Shown here piece after piece: positions 9,428-18,576 of a stretch of DNA of 32,000 bases. The notes under the pieces were generated by a model that saw nothing but the letters and a program-made list of their open reading frames with translations, ran no database searches and was not told the origin of the DNA. The position numbers and the translations under genes were made by a program. This DNA is from an uncultured archaeon (GTDB lineage: Archaea > Asgardarchaeota > Thorarchaeia > Thorarchaeales > Thorarchaeaceae): positions 150,001 to 182,000 of the forward strand of contig CAYHAA010000002.1 of the NCBI GenBank assembly GCA_964354495.1, written 5' to 3'. Positions within the stretch are counted from its first letter, which is position 1, and every line of letters begins with the position of its first letter.

Positions 9428-9529
9428 TCGATTTCAGTTCACTCACGAGTTCTGACCACGGATACACTTTAAGGGTTGTGTCACACGGCTTTGGTACAGA
9501 CAGGCATCGTCATAAGCAGCTGAAATCGA
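9428..9529. promoter_or_regulatory. Divergent promoter region bracketed by a 10-bp inverted repeat
   Basis: TCGATTTCAG at 9428-9437 and its reverse complement CTGAAATCGA at 9520-9529 flank a TATA-like CTTTAAGG (9467-9474) between divergent genes. Confidence 0.35.
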
Positions 9530-9560
9530 TTTTTCTTCCGGCTTCTAGGGGTGCTCGATT

Positions 9561-10844
9561 TTGTCGGACAAAGGCTGTACACCGCCAACGGCTATTAGTT
9601 CAGTCGGCACTAGGCAACCAGACAGACGGAGGCTGGGGCTGAGCGGAAACCTATGGAGGCTCGCGGGAGTTGCAGGAGTTGCCCAGTTCAGTATGAGTCT
9701 CTGGGCTTGGCAATTCGGCATCTTTCTCTCGGGCGTTGTTGAGAAGTGGCAGATAGGTCTTACATTCTCAGTCGGCACTTTTGCATTGATTGTTGGCTAT
9801 GCAGTTTCGGGTACTGTTGCAGACCTCATCGGACGCAAGCATGCCATGACATTCGCCTTCGTACCAATGTCGGTGGGACTTTTCGCACTAAGATTCTTTC
9901 CGATTTGGCCTCTCATACCGTTGGAATACGGAGTCACATACTTTGGTTGGGCTTTTGTCATTATCATGAGCAGAGCCATGCCTGCAGATGAGATTGCCCA
10001 GACAGGCGGGCAGAACTCCGCCCGTATCTTCAACATGACGCTGCTGCCAGCGTTTCTGGTAGACGGTATCAGTCCCATCATCGCAGCGATTTTGCTTGAC
10101 TTAGGCTATGTGGCCGGAGACCTCCATCTATTGGCTTCGATCGGGGCGCTAGTAGCAATAGCTGCTAACACGCGGATTGTAAAGGAATCTCTTTGCAAAG
10201 ACTTGATGGAGCGGGCAAAAGCAGGGCCGATGTTCACGCTTAGAGGGTTGGGGAAGAACTTCTGGATCTTCACATTGGGTATGCTCGGATTCGTGTTCAT
10301 TGGAAACCTTGCATTCCCATATCAAGGAAACCTTGCTGTTCAGGAGTGGGGTCTCAGCGATTCAGTATATGGGTATGCCTGGGCAGCATATTCCTTCACG
10401 TGTGTAATCCTCATGTATAATGTGAGTAGTCTTGTGGACAAAAACGTTCGAGTTGCGTTGATTCTTGCAATGTGGAGCATTGCAGTCATTTTGGGCGTTA
10501 TGGCATTCAGCTCAGGCGTACTGGCACTAGTTATAATCAACATAGTCTGGGCAGCGCCTCTAGTGATTTGGACAGGAGCAGAGAACAGCCTTGCAGTGAA
10601 TGGGGTCAGCAATGAACTGAAGGGACGAGCTCTTGGCACGTATCAATTAATGATGAGTGCAACACATCTCTTTGGGGCGTTTTTCGGTGCGATTTTATGG
10701 GACTATTTCGGAAGCCTGCGCACAGTCTTCAGCATTGCAAGTATTGGAGGGCTAGTCGCAGTAATAGTTCTAACATACGCACTGATGTCAGTAGAGATCA
10801 TTAGGAACCCTCGTTCAACAAAAGAGCTAGACAAGACCGAATAA
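9561..10844 (+). CDS. MFS transporter
   Basis: About 12 hydrophobic segments, MFS motif A (GTVADLIGRK), and second-half motif ELKGRALGTYQ. TTG start with GGGGTG upstream. Confidence 0.9.
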   Translation: MSDKGCTPPTAISSVGTRQPDRRRLGLSGNLWRLAGVAGVAQFSMSLWAWQFGIFLSGVVEKWQIGLTFSVGTFALIVGYAVSGTVADLIGRKHAMTFAFVPMSVGLFALRFFPIWPLIPLEYGVTYFGWAFVIIMSRAMPADEIAQTGGQNSARIFNMTLLPAFLVDGISPIIAAILLDLGYVAGDLHLLASIGALVAIAANTRIVKESLCKDLMERAKAGPMFTLRGLGKNFWIFTLGMLGFVFIGNLAFPYQGNLAVQEWGLSDSVYGYAWAAYSFTCVILMYNVSSLVDKNVRVALILAMWSIAVILGVMAFSSGVLALVIINIVWAAPLVIWTGAENSLAVNGVSNELKGRALGTYQLMMSATHLFGAFFGAILWDYFGSLRTVFSIASIGGLVAVIVLTYALMSVEIIRNPRSTKELDKTE

Positions 10845-10910
10845 TACGATTGATTGAGTCTATATCATGAGTGCTCAGGTGCTCTGCAAATGAATCGAAC
10901 ACGTCACTTC

Positions 10911-11630
10911 TCATTCTCTCGCTTCTTTCGTCATGGACTCAATTCTCGAGATGTTTCTGGTCTTAGCTAATTTCCCCAGTAGGTGACCAGCCCTCTTTTC
11001 TTTAGTCTCAAGATAAGCACGATTATACTCGGAAGGCGGTATGATCAAAGGCAATCTCTCATCAATCTGTATTCCTGCCGAAGCTAGTTGCCTGATTTTC
11101 TCGGGATTGTTCGTGAGCAGCCTGATTGAATGGATTTGCAGGTTCTTTAGGATGCTCGCTGCAATTCCATAGTCACGTTCATCCGGTTGGTAGCCCAAGT
11201 GCAAGTTAGCATCAATAGTATCTAACCCATGATCCTGAAGTGCATATGCTCTGATCTTTTCCGTAAGACCAATGTTGCGACCTTCTTGACGAAGATAGAG
11301 CACGACACCAGTACCCTCTCTCTCGATTATCTTCAAGGACTCAAGAAGTTGATCTCTGCAATCACATCTCTTGCTTCCCATCACATCGCCCGTCAAGCAT
11401 TCTGAGTGGACACGGGTGACAACTCCCCTCTTGCCAACTATGTTGCCCTTGATGATTGCGGTGTGTTCTTTGCCATCACAGGGACTTATGAATCCACAGA
11501 TTTGAAAATCTCCAAACCTGCTTGGAAGGTCTGCAATGGCGACCAACTGAACGCAGCACTCATCTGTAACACAGACTTGCTTTGCACTCTCATCAATGAG
11601 CTGAGCAATCTGCTCTTCGGACAACTTCAT
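10911..11630 (-). CDS. ribA: GTP cyclohydrolase II
   Basis: RVHSECLTGDVMGSKRCDCRDQL (Zn cysteines), YLRQEGRNIGL.EKI.AY.LQD.GLDT..AN, DERDY and LLTNNPEK. Likely start ATG 11630 (MKLSEEQ); the ORF track extends to 11696. Confidence 0.95.
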   Translation of the reverse strand: MKLSEEQIAQLIDESAKQVCVTDECCVQLVAIADLPSRFGDFQICGFISPCDGKEHTAIIKGNIVGKRGVVTRVHSECLTGDVMGSKRCDCRDQLLESLKIIEREGTGVVLYLRQEGRNIGLTEKIRAYALQDHGLDTIDANLHLGYQPDERDYGIAASILKNLQIHSIRLLTNNPEKIRQLASAGIQIDERLPLIIPPSEYNRAYLETKEKRAGHLLGKLAKTRNISRIESMTKEARE

Positions 11631-11761
11631 TCTTTCCAACCCAAGATTCGAGTTTTTGTTTCGAATATAGAGATTTGCCTTTGGTCTTTCCGGCATCGCT
11701 AAATATGGGCAGCGAAGCGTAAGGAGAGGAAATCACTAGACTACAACTCATTGGTGAATCC

Positions 11762-12832
11762 GTGATGAAGCGCGACCATAAGGCCATTGTTGAAGAGATG
11801 CAGAAACTGCTCAAGCAGAATACAAAGAGATACGCGTTCAAGAAACTTGACAAAGAGGTCATAAAGACGGGAGCATGTGTGGAATGTGGTTCATGCGTTG
11901 CTGCTTGTCCAGTTCAGGCAATCTCAGGAGATCGCACTGACAGAAAGTATGTTCCCATCCTCACCGGTGACTGCATATCCTGTGGTATTTGCTACGCTAT
12001 GTGTCCAAGAACCTTCATCCTTCAGAATCAGCTAATTGGTGAAGTCAAGAACTCATGGAAGCTGCAATCAACAAGAGATCATATTCGACAGGATGGAGGA
12101 GCAGTCACTGCCATCCTTGGATACATGCTGGATGAGAGAGTGATCGAAGGCGCAGTAGTGACTTGCCAGTCATCAGAGAAGCCATGGCTACCAGTTGCGA
12201 CCACAATCAATAGGAGAGAAGATCTCTACAAGTGCGGGGGAACGATTTACTCTCATGCGCAGGTCATCGATGAAATGCTACAGGGTTTCCAAAAGAACCT
12301 CTCATCCCTCGCTGTCGTGGGTACTGCATGCAATATCGAAGCCATTCACAGAATGGAAGCACATCCAGAAGGCTTGTTCAACATAGACAGAGCAGCATCT
12401 GTTTTCAAAATCAGCTTGTTTTGTATGGAGTCATTCAGCTATCGTGATCTCGTGGCATTTCTCAAGAAAGCAGGAATCGATATCGAGAGTGTCAACCACT
12501 TTGCCATCACAGGGGGCGAACTCAAGGTCACCCTTGAAAATGATGAGCGTAGCTGGCCAGTAGCTGAATTGAACACAGCATCGGCTTCGTCGTGTGCCTT
12601 TTGTCAAGACTTCACAGGAAAACACTCGGATCTCTCTTGTGGGAACATAGGTTCAGATGAGGGCTGGACGACGGTTTTGGTAAGAACCGACAGGGCAGAA
12701 GACATCATCAAGCGTGCACTCAAGAAAGGAGTCGTAAGAGGAGAAACACTTGATGCTGAATCTCTTCAAGCTGTCATGAACTCAGCCCGGTTCAAAATGA
12801 ACAGGTACTACCATCTTCAAAATGGACACTAG
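11762..12832 (+). CDS. Coenzyme F420 hydrogenase/dehydrogenase beta-subunit (FrhB/FdhB) family protein with N-terminal 2x[4Fe-4S] ferredoxin
   Basis: CVECGSCVAACP and CISCGICYAMCP, followed by QDGGAVTAIL, VVGTACNIEA, SLFCMESF, CAFCQDF and DLSCGNIGS..GWTTVLVRT. Confidence 0.92.
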   Translation: MMKRDHKAIVEEMQKLLKQNTKRYAFKKLDKEVIKTGACVECGSCVAACPVQAISGDRTDRKYVPILTGDCISCGICYAMCPRTFILQNQLIGEVKNSWKLQSTRDHIRQDGGAVTAILGYMLDERVIEGAVVTCQSSEKPWLPVATTINRREDLYKCGGTIYSHAQVIDEMLQGFQKNLSSLAVVGTACNIEAIHRMEAHPEGLFNIDRAASVFKISLFCMESFSYRDLVAFLKKAGIDIESVNHFAITGGELKVTLENDERSWPVAELNTASASSCAFCQDFTGKHSDLSCGNIGSDEGWTTVLVRTDRAEDIIKRALKKGVVRGETLDAESLQAVMNSARFKMNRYYHLQNGH

Positions 12833-12933
12833 TGCTATCGCGAGTTCCAATGCAGGCATACGTGGGGAGAGATGAAGGATGCCTAAGAATGGACGTCTAG
12901 TCTTGGTAATTCTGAAACTCATTATCTCTGAGA

Positions 12934-14691
12934 TCACTTCACCCTAGTTCGGAAGTACAGAACAAGGACAACAAGAAGCGAGAGACCACCCAAGAGAAAC
13001 ACCGCAATATAGATTTGTAGAGGGCCTCCGCCATAACTCATCGCTGAAATTGTGATGTTTGTCCATGGAGTCTCTTCGATATTATTGACAGATGAGTTGT
13101 CCTCGGCTATGACCTTGAACCATACTATTTGCCCATGGGTATACTCCCCTAGAGAGGCACCGAAGAAATCACCAATCTCAGTGCGTTCCATGGACCTGTT
13201 CTCGAACACGAAACCAGCATCTTCGGGGTCTCCAACTCCCCATTGGACTTCTATCCTCTTGATATGGTTCAGGTCCCAGACATATGCCTGAACAGTCAGA
13301 TTATTGGTTATCTGAGTTGTCAGCGTTTGAATCACATAGATGTTGGAAAGGATTGGATTGTGTGCATCTGGCGTAACATGAACTTGAATGACTGCAAACG
13401 ACGTGAAATTGAAGTAGTCGCTCAGAGTCATATTGTAGGCATAGTCGCCAACAGCAAGGCCATCGACGAATATTGTGAAGTTGTCGCCTCTCCAGGTCCC
13501 GTTTTGTAGGACTTCGCCATTTCTTGTGAGATTGTACCACAGGGGATTGCTCTCTTCGACACCCCAAGTGATATTGTATCCGGTGTAGCCCTCCTCGTAG
13601 GTGAGATCATCTGCAGGCTCGATGACTGGTGCGCGAATGTCCATGTATACAGTGACATTTACGGAGTCTGTTGAGTTGAATCCAAAGTCGTCAAAAGCGG
13701 TCAGTTTTATCGTGTAATTGCCCAGAAACAGACCATCCAAGGTAACGATGATTTGCTGTCCCTCTGGATCTGAGAAACTCCAGTTCGGTTGGACTATATC
13801 GACAAATGGATGAAACGCTGAGACATTACCATAAGCCGTATCATTGTAGTGAACTGTTGCTTTCACCGTGTAGTTCTTGGGATTACTATCGTAGACGGAC
13901 CAATTGATGTAATGTCCTTCAGAACCGAACTCAAATAGAATATTATCTGGAGATGACAGTAGCGGGTTCGTTAGGTCAACAGTCACTGTAACGTTCACGA
14001 AGCTAGTCGCGTTTCGACCAAACGTATCATTGACAAAGAGGGCATACAGATACCAGCGACTGGCATTGAGATCATCAATGTCCACAACGATATTTGTTCC
14101 GTTCCAAACACCACCTGCAATCCGGGTATAGTTAGAAGTTGGTTCGTTTGATGTCCGTGTGACATTATAGTAGTCGGGATTTGACTCTGTTACATTCCAG
14201 TTGATCTCATGTCCGAAGCTTCCTACTTCGTATGTGATGTTATCATGCTGCTGAATAATCGGCGCAGTTTCGTCAAGAATGACTCTCAGTACTGTCTGCG
14301 CAGAAGCAGACTCATTTGCTTCGTTGTTGACTGTGACTTCGAAGTTGAATTGCATGGGCAATGTAGTAATCATGTGTCTTGTGTAAAGATAGACCAAATT
14401 CACGGTAAGCTTGCCGCTAGCCCAAACGCCACTGTCGTAGCTACTGCCATTGGCAGTGACGGAGTAGTTCTTTGGATTTGCATCGAATGTGTCGTAGATG
14501 AGGGTCTCGCCCACACTGCCATTTTCGAATTGATAGAAAGTGGGACCTGTTATCGTTGGAGCAGCTGGTTCCATCACACGAATCTGAGCGAAAGGAATGC
14601 TCACATCGTTGATCGAGATGACATATGGCGAAAGTACGAACCAAGTCAACATGAGTGCGATAATAAAACGGCTGCGATTCAATGAAACCAT
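12934..14691 (-). CDS. Secreted, membrane-anchored glycoprotein with tandem Ig-like repeats
   Basis: N-terminal signal/TM, four repeats of about 100 aa, dense N-glycosylation sequons, and C-terminal TM LQIYIAVFLLGGLSLLVVLVLYF followed by RTRVK. Confidence 0.85.
   Translation of the reverse strand: MVSLNRSRFIIALMLTWFVLSPYVISINDVSIPFAQIRVMEPAAPTITGPTFYQFENGSVGETLIYDTFDANPKNYSVTANGSSYDSGVWASGKLTVNLVYLYTRHMITTLPMQFNFEVTVNNEANESASAQTVLRVILDETAPIIQQHDNITYEVGSFGHEINWNVTESNPDYYNVTRTSNEPTSNYTRIAGGVWNGTNIVVDIDDLNASRWYLYALFVNDTFGRNATSFVNVTVTVDLTNPLLSSPDNILFEFGSEGHYINWSVYDSNPKNYTVKATVHYNDTAYGNVSAFHPFVDIVQPNWSFSDPEGQQIIVTLDGLFLGNYTIKLTAFDDFGFNSTDSVNVTVYMDIRAPVIEPADDLTYEEGYTGYNITWGVEESNPLWYNLTRNGEVLQNGTWRGDNFTIFVDGLAVGDYAYNMTLSDYFNFTSFAVIQVHVTPDAHNPILSNIYVIQTLTTQITNNLTVQAYVWDLNHIKRIEVQWGVGDPEDAGFVFENRSMERTEIGDFFGASLGEYTHGQIVWFKVIAEDNSSVNNIEETPWTNITISAMSYGGGPLQIYIAVFLLGGLSLLVVLVLYFRTRVK
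13369..14562 (-). repeat. Four tandem ~100-aa protein repeats (Ig-like beta-sandwich)
   Basis: Repeat starts: APTITGPTFYQFENGSVGETLIYDTFDANPKNY; APIIQQHDNITYEVGSFGHEINWNVTESNPDYY; NPLLSSPDNILFEFGSEGHYINWSVYDSNPKNY; APVIEPADDLTYEEGYTGYNITWGVEESNPLWY. Confidence 0.85.
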
Positions 14692-14736
14692 ATGACCAAC
14701 ATCCTGTGCATCCTTGTTACACGTATAGACCGGTCG

Positions 14737-14755
14737 GACTTCAGAGTGCGGTTTT
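14737..14755. repeat. 19-nt intergenic motif, copy 1 (GACTTCAGAGTGCGGTTTT)
   Basis: Matches 20816-20834 at 18 of 19 positions, in the same orientation. Confidence 0.6.
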
Positions 14756-14758
14756 ATA
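14752..14758 (-). promoter_or_regulatory. TATA box of the Ig-repeat gene
   Basis: The minus strand reads GAAGGGTATAAAAC (purine-rich BRE-like segment plus TATAAAA), about 60 nt upstream of ATG 14691. Confidence 0.5.
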
Positions 14759-14891
14759 CCCTTCGGTATTTCAGCTGCTGCACGTTATTTCGGCAGGGCA
14801 TTTATCAAGAATAGGCTGATAAGACCATATGCTTCTCACAGTGCAATACCTTCGCTAGTTGGGACACATTGAAGCAGGGGAATAAAAGACA

Positions 14892-15809
14892 GTGCCTAAG
14901 GCTATCTTTTCCATTTGGTGGGATGACCGTCTTGGACCCATGGTCGGGCGTTCGTATCCTGAGGCAGCACCACTCTCCAGTGAGGAGGCCGTCACAGTCT
15001 TCATGGGTCATGGAGCGAACATGGAGATACAGGTAGGATACTCCAAGATTCAGAGTGGCGTTGTGATATCATATATGAGACCACCAAACTGCATAGCCGT
15101 TCTCCTAGATGATGGGGAGAACAGCTCGACAATAGAGAGGAACCTCTTGCGGCTTGCGCCTACTATTGATTTCAATAGCGATACCTGGGATAGAGAACTG
15201 GAAAAGGCATATCGTGGTCTTGAGGACCTAATCACTGAAACCACTGGCGAGGAACTACTCCTGAATCCGAATGTGAAGCATCTCGTCGCAGATATGATGA
15301 ATGGCCGGCTTGCGTCAGTAGCACCAAAACATGTACTGAAGGCAACAATCAGATACCCAGATGCACATGAGTATCTAGGTAACGACGATGAAGAAGTGCT
15401 GAGACTTCTCAGAGACCTCGAGGATGAGGAAGTGCTTGAGTCGCGTACGTATGGCCGAAGAGTTGAGTGTCGCCAGTGCGGTGATTCTGATTTGATAGTC
15501 AGTCTTCTGTGTCCTTCATGCAACTCTGAGGACATACACAAGGTCTACACAGTGTATTGCCCTAAATGCGGTAATCAATTCCAGACATTATTGGCCGATG
15601 ATCTTGCAGTAGTCAAATGCTTGAGCTGCAAACAACCAGTGAAGGTCAGCCAGCTCTCTGTCATCGATGTCGAGCCGCTATGCAATAAATGCGGTACTGC
15701 ATCCAATGACCCAAAGATAGTGTTCAAGTGTGGGACATGCGGAAAGCAGTTGAAAGGGGCCGATCTACTATCGGGCACTGGATTGTCGTACTATTTCAGG
15801 AATGTGTAG
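14892..15809 (+). CDS. uDENN/longin-like N-terminal domain fused to a winged-helix / multi-Zn-ribbon domain (TackOD1-like)
   Basis: N-terminus AIFSIWWDDRLGPMVGRSYPE fits the uDENN/NPR2-type start pattern. The C-terminal half has EEVLRLLRDLEDEEVLES followed by six CxxC pairs (CRQC, CPSC, CPKC, CLSC, CNKC, CGTC). GTG start. Confidence 0.7.
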   Translation: MPKAIFSIWWDDRLGPMVGRSYPEAAPLSSEEAVTVFMGHGANMEIQVGYSKIQSGVVISYMRPPNCIAVLLDDGENSSTIERNLLRLAPTIDFNSDTWDRELEKAYRGLEDLITETTGEELLLNPNVKHLVADMMNGRLASVAPKHVLKATIRYPDAHEYLGNDDEEVLRLLRDLEDEEVLESRTYGRRVECRQCGDSDLIVSLLCPSCNSEDIHKVYTVYCPKCGNQFQTLLADDLAVVKCLSCKQPVKVSQLSVIDVEPLCNKCGTASNDPKIVFKCGTCGKQLKGADLLSGTGLSYYFRNV

Positions 15810-15832
15810 GACCAGAAAATCACAGATGGTCC

Positions 15833-17440
15833 CTAGCTATCTTCCTTCTTCTTTCCTTTCTTTATTGTCTTCTTCACTACAGTTCTTGCATCTTTCACTA
15901 TCTTCTCAGCGCGTGCGTCACTGAGTCCATCGATCTTCTGTGCAAGCCTTTGCGGCGTTTCACCAGCGAGCTGGACGGCAGACTCGTAACCAGCCGCCTT
16001 CAGCTTCTTCTCCAGAGCCTCGCCAATTCCAGGAATTCCTTGAAGGGACAGATTTGACTTTGAATCTTCACCGAGTATCTCACTCATATCGTTGTCACTC
16101 AACTCAGCACTCGCATCGATTATGTCGAGCTGGCTCTTTACTGAATCAAAGTCATGTGCTCCAACAAAAGCGTCAACGGTCTTTTTCACTTGACGGTCAT
16201 CAAAGTCAAAGGCCAATTCCTCAATCTCTATCTCCCTTCCTAGAATCTCTGGAAGACCCCCTATAAGGTACATGGCAATAAGAGATGAGAATATGGCCAC
16301 TTGTCCACCGAAGACTGGTAGGTAGTCAGGAATATGAAACTGTATCCCGAAAACAAGGATGTTGAGATCAACAGCCCAGTACAGTACCATATAACCAAGA
16401 AAGAAAAACCAAATCAGGGATAGCCGAAGTCCCTTTGTTCGAACAGAGCCGAGCTCTGGCCAGATCAGACACAGGCATAGTCCAAGAAGGTAGCCCTCGA
16501 AGAACCTTTCAGAACTGAGTAGGACCTGAAGCAGTGAGAACAAGTCCGAATCCTGAAAGAAACCAGTGTATAGAGTGGAACCAAAAATAGCCAATAATCC
16601 CATCATCAAAAGAGCAAAACTGAAGGCGGGCTTTCTACCCCTAATGTCAGCCATGACGCCAGCAACTGCTATGCCAAGGATGAGAGCAAGCGTTTCGAGT
16701 ATGGGTAAGTTAACATACTGACTCAATGATTCAAAAGAGGGCTCTCCTGCAAAATACTTCTGAAAGCTGAGTTTCATCACCAAATACCAAAGCATGTATG
16801 AAGCCATAATCAATACAGTAGGGACGAAATATGTGAGAACATTCCCTGATGCTGCGAGACGCACCCTAGGTTGCCGCCAGGGCTTCATGCCAATTGAAAC
16901 GGTCAGAAACACAATCCCGATAACTGCGGGTAGGGTGAGATAGGAAGAGCCCAGGAGGATGCTCATCTGCTCAAATAACGCATAGAGAGTGACGAGGATT
17001 ATTGTGACGGACAGGAATATTGCTACCGTGCGACCCCGATACTTCACAATGATGCCTTGATTGACACGAACAGTCCATAGAACCAAGAGAGAGGCCAATC
17101 CAGCAAATGAAGATAGTACTAGGAGCAAGTCCACAGTTTCCAGTTGCTGCAACGTGAGCGGAGCAAGTCTAAGCAATGCAACTATTGGCGTGACTACCGC
17201 GGCGAGTACTATCAAGAAGTCAATTCTTCGTATCCGATCTGCAAGAATACCCGTCAATGGAAGTGCAAAGACAGCAGCGAGTGCACCGAACCCTAGTAGT
17301 CCGTAGTGTTCTAGGAGTGTCAGACCAAAGAGAGTGCCTGATATCAGTTTCAGCAGGATATAGGTATTCAGTGCTGCAGGACCAGCAAATAGAATGAAGA
17401 TAATTGCAGTCTTTGTCGGGAACTCACGATACTGAAGCAT
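15833..17440 (-). CDS. MFS-type transporter with C-terminal helix-hairpin-helix (RadA/Rad51 N-terminal-like) domain
   Basis: Motif A occurs in both halves (GILADRIRR, GVMADIRGRK) among about 12 TMs. An acidic linker leads to GIPGIGEALEKKLKAAGYESAVQLAGETPQRLAQKIDGLSDARAEKIVKDAR and a Lys-rich tail. I prefer ATG 17440 (GGAG upstream); the ORF track starts at 17491. Confidence 0.8.
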   Translation of the reverse strand: MLQYREFPTKTAIIFILFAGPAALNTYILLKLISGTLFGLTLLEHYGLLGFGALAAVFALPLTGILADRIRRIDFLIVLAAVVTPIVALLRLAPLTLQQLETVDLLLVLSSFAGLASLLVLWTVRVNQGIIVKYRGRTVAIFLSVTIILVTLYALFEQMSILLGSSYLTLPAVIGIVFLTVSIGMKPWRQPRVRLAASGNVLTYFVPTVLIMASYMLWYLVMKLSFQKYFAGEPSFESLSQYVNLPILETLALILGIAVAGVMADIRGRKPAFSFALLMMGLLAIFGSTLYTGFFQDSDLFSLLQVLLSSERFFEGYLLGLCLCLIWPELGSVRTKGLRLSLIWFFFLGYMVLYWAVDLNILVFGIQFHIPDYLPVFGGQVAIFSSLIAMYLIGGLPEILGREIEIEELAFDFDDRQVKKTVDAFVGAHDFDSVKSQLDIIDASAELSDNDMSEILGEDSKSNLSLQGIPGIGEALEKKLKAAGYESAVQLAGETPQRLAQKIDGLSDARAEKIVKDARTVVKKTIKKGKKKEDS

Positions 17441-17501
17441 AGATCTCTCTCCAAGGAATGAAGTATCCTGAAACTGATGGGTTATGGACATTTCGACTTC
17501 T

Positions 17502-17510
17502 TATTTATAT
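17502..17510. promoter_or_regulatory. TATA-like element in the divergent promoter between the MFS-HhH gene and the longin operon
   Basis: TATTTATAT reads as ATATAAATA on the minus strand and TTTATAT on the plus strand. Confidence 0.4.
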
Positions 17511-17598
17511 CGAGTGACCTGAAGATGCGCCACCAATAAACATCAGCGATATCTTAAAGACCTCCTAGTTTTTCCTCAGATGCAAGGAGTAAGAAAGC

Positions 17599-18501
17599 TT
17601 GGTTGGGAAGCTCGGCGTAAACGAATTCATGGTCTTGACTACAGGAGGTACTCCGATTTTCCACTACTCTACAACAGACACTCCAAAGCTTGATCATCTC
17701 CTCTCGGGATTCATTAGTGCAATAACAAGCTTTGCAACTGAATTTGGCGAGCGATCCGTTCAGAGCCTATCATTCGAAGGTTCACAGCTTCTCTATGAGC
17801 AACACGAGAATAGCTACCTCTTTGTTTTCCTTGTAGAAACTGGTTCATCAGAGAAGGTGCTTCGCGCAGTACTGCGTGAGCTAAGCAAGAAATTCATGTC
17901 ACAATATGAAGACGAGTTGAAGATGGATGTCCCGATTCTAGATGTCTTCATGGCCTTCGAACAAGAGGTCAAAAGCGTACTATCTCACTATGAAGGAGTT
18001 CTTACAGCAATATCAGGCTTCAGCAGCTTCTCAGTCCCTGAAATCAAGAAGGCGAATTTGGACACAGCAATCGAATCAGGCGGTTTTCTTGACGAATTCC
18101 ATCGTGACTTTGGCACCTCGGGCAACAGAATTCTATCCATGATAGATGGCAAGAAGACGCTTTATGATATGAGTCGTGATCTCGGAATCACTCCAGAGGA
18201 AATCCGAGATGTGGTTGAATACCTGGCCATCAGAGGATTCCTAGGCATCTCAAGACTCTGCCCACTAATAAAAGGGAATGATGCGCGCTTTGAAGCATAC
18301 CTAGACATTGTGGGCCTTCCAAGCAAAGACTATCAGCTTCTTGAGAGAGCAAAGAATCTCTGCAACGGGGAGAGAACACTTGGAGAAGTCAGTGAAAGAC
18401 TTGGAGTCAATCCTGAGAGGCTCTATGATGTTCTCGAGAAGATGGGAGAGGAGGTTGAATGGAAACTCGTTGAAGTTTCTACTTCTTTCCATGCACGATG
18501 A
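17599..18501 (+). CDS. Longin domain + tandem winged-helix protein A (NPRL2-like architecture)
   Basis: Longin signature FMVLTTGGTPIFHY...LLSGFISAITSFATEF...LRELSKKFMSQY. Two wHTH-like units: ILSMIDGKKTLYDMSRDLGITPEEIRDVVEYL and LCNGERTLGEVSERLGVNPERLYDVLEKM. TTG start with AAGGAG upstream. Confidence 0.75.
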   Translation: MVGKLGVNEFMVLTTGGTPIFHYSTTDTPKLDHLLSGFISAITSFATEFGERSVQSLSFEGSQLLYEQHENSYLFVFLVETGSSEKVLRAVLRELSKKFMSQYEDELKMDVPILDVFMAFEQEVKSVLSHYEGVLTAISGFSSFSVPEIKKANLDTAIESGGFLDEFHRDFGTSGNRILSMIDGKKTLYDMSRDLGITPEEIRDVVEYLAIRGFLGISRLCPLIKGNDARFEAYLDIVGLPSKDYQLLERAKNLCNGERTLGEVSERLGVNPERLYDVLEKMGEEVEWKLVEVSTSFHAR

Positions 18502-18576
18502 CCTTGGTTCACTTTCTTCGAAGTGATTAAGTAGGTCTTTGTTTATGGCGAACCACGGTTCTGGGAGAATACTCCA

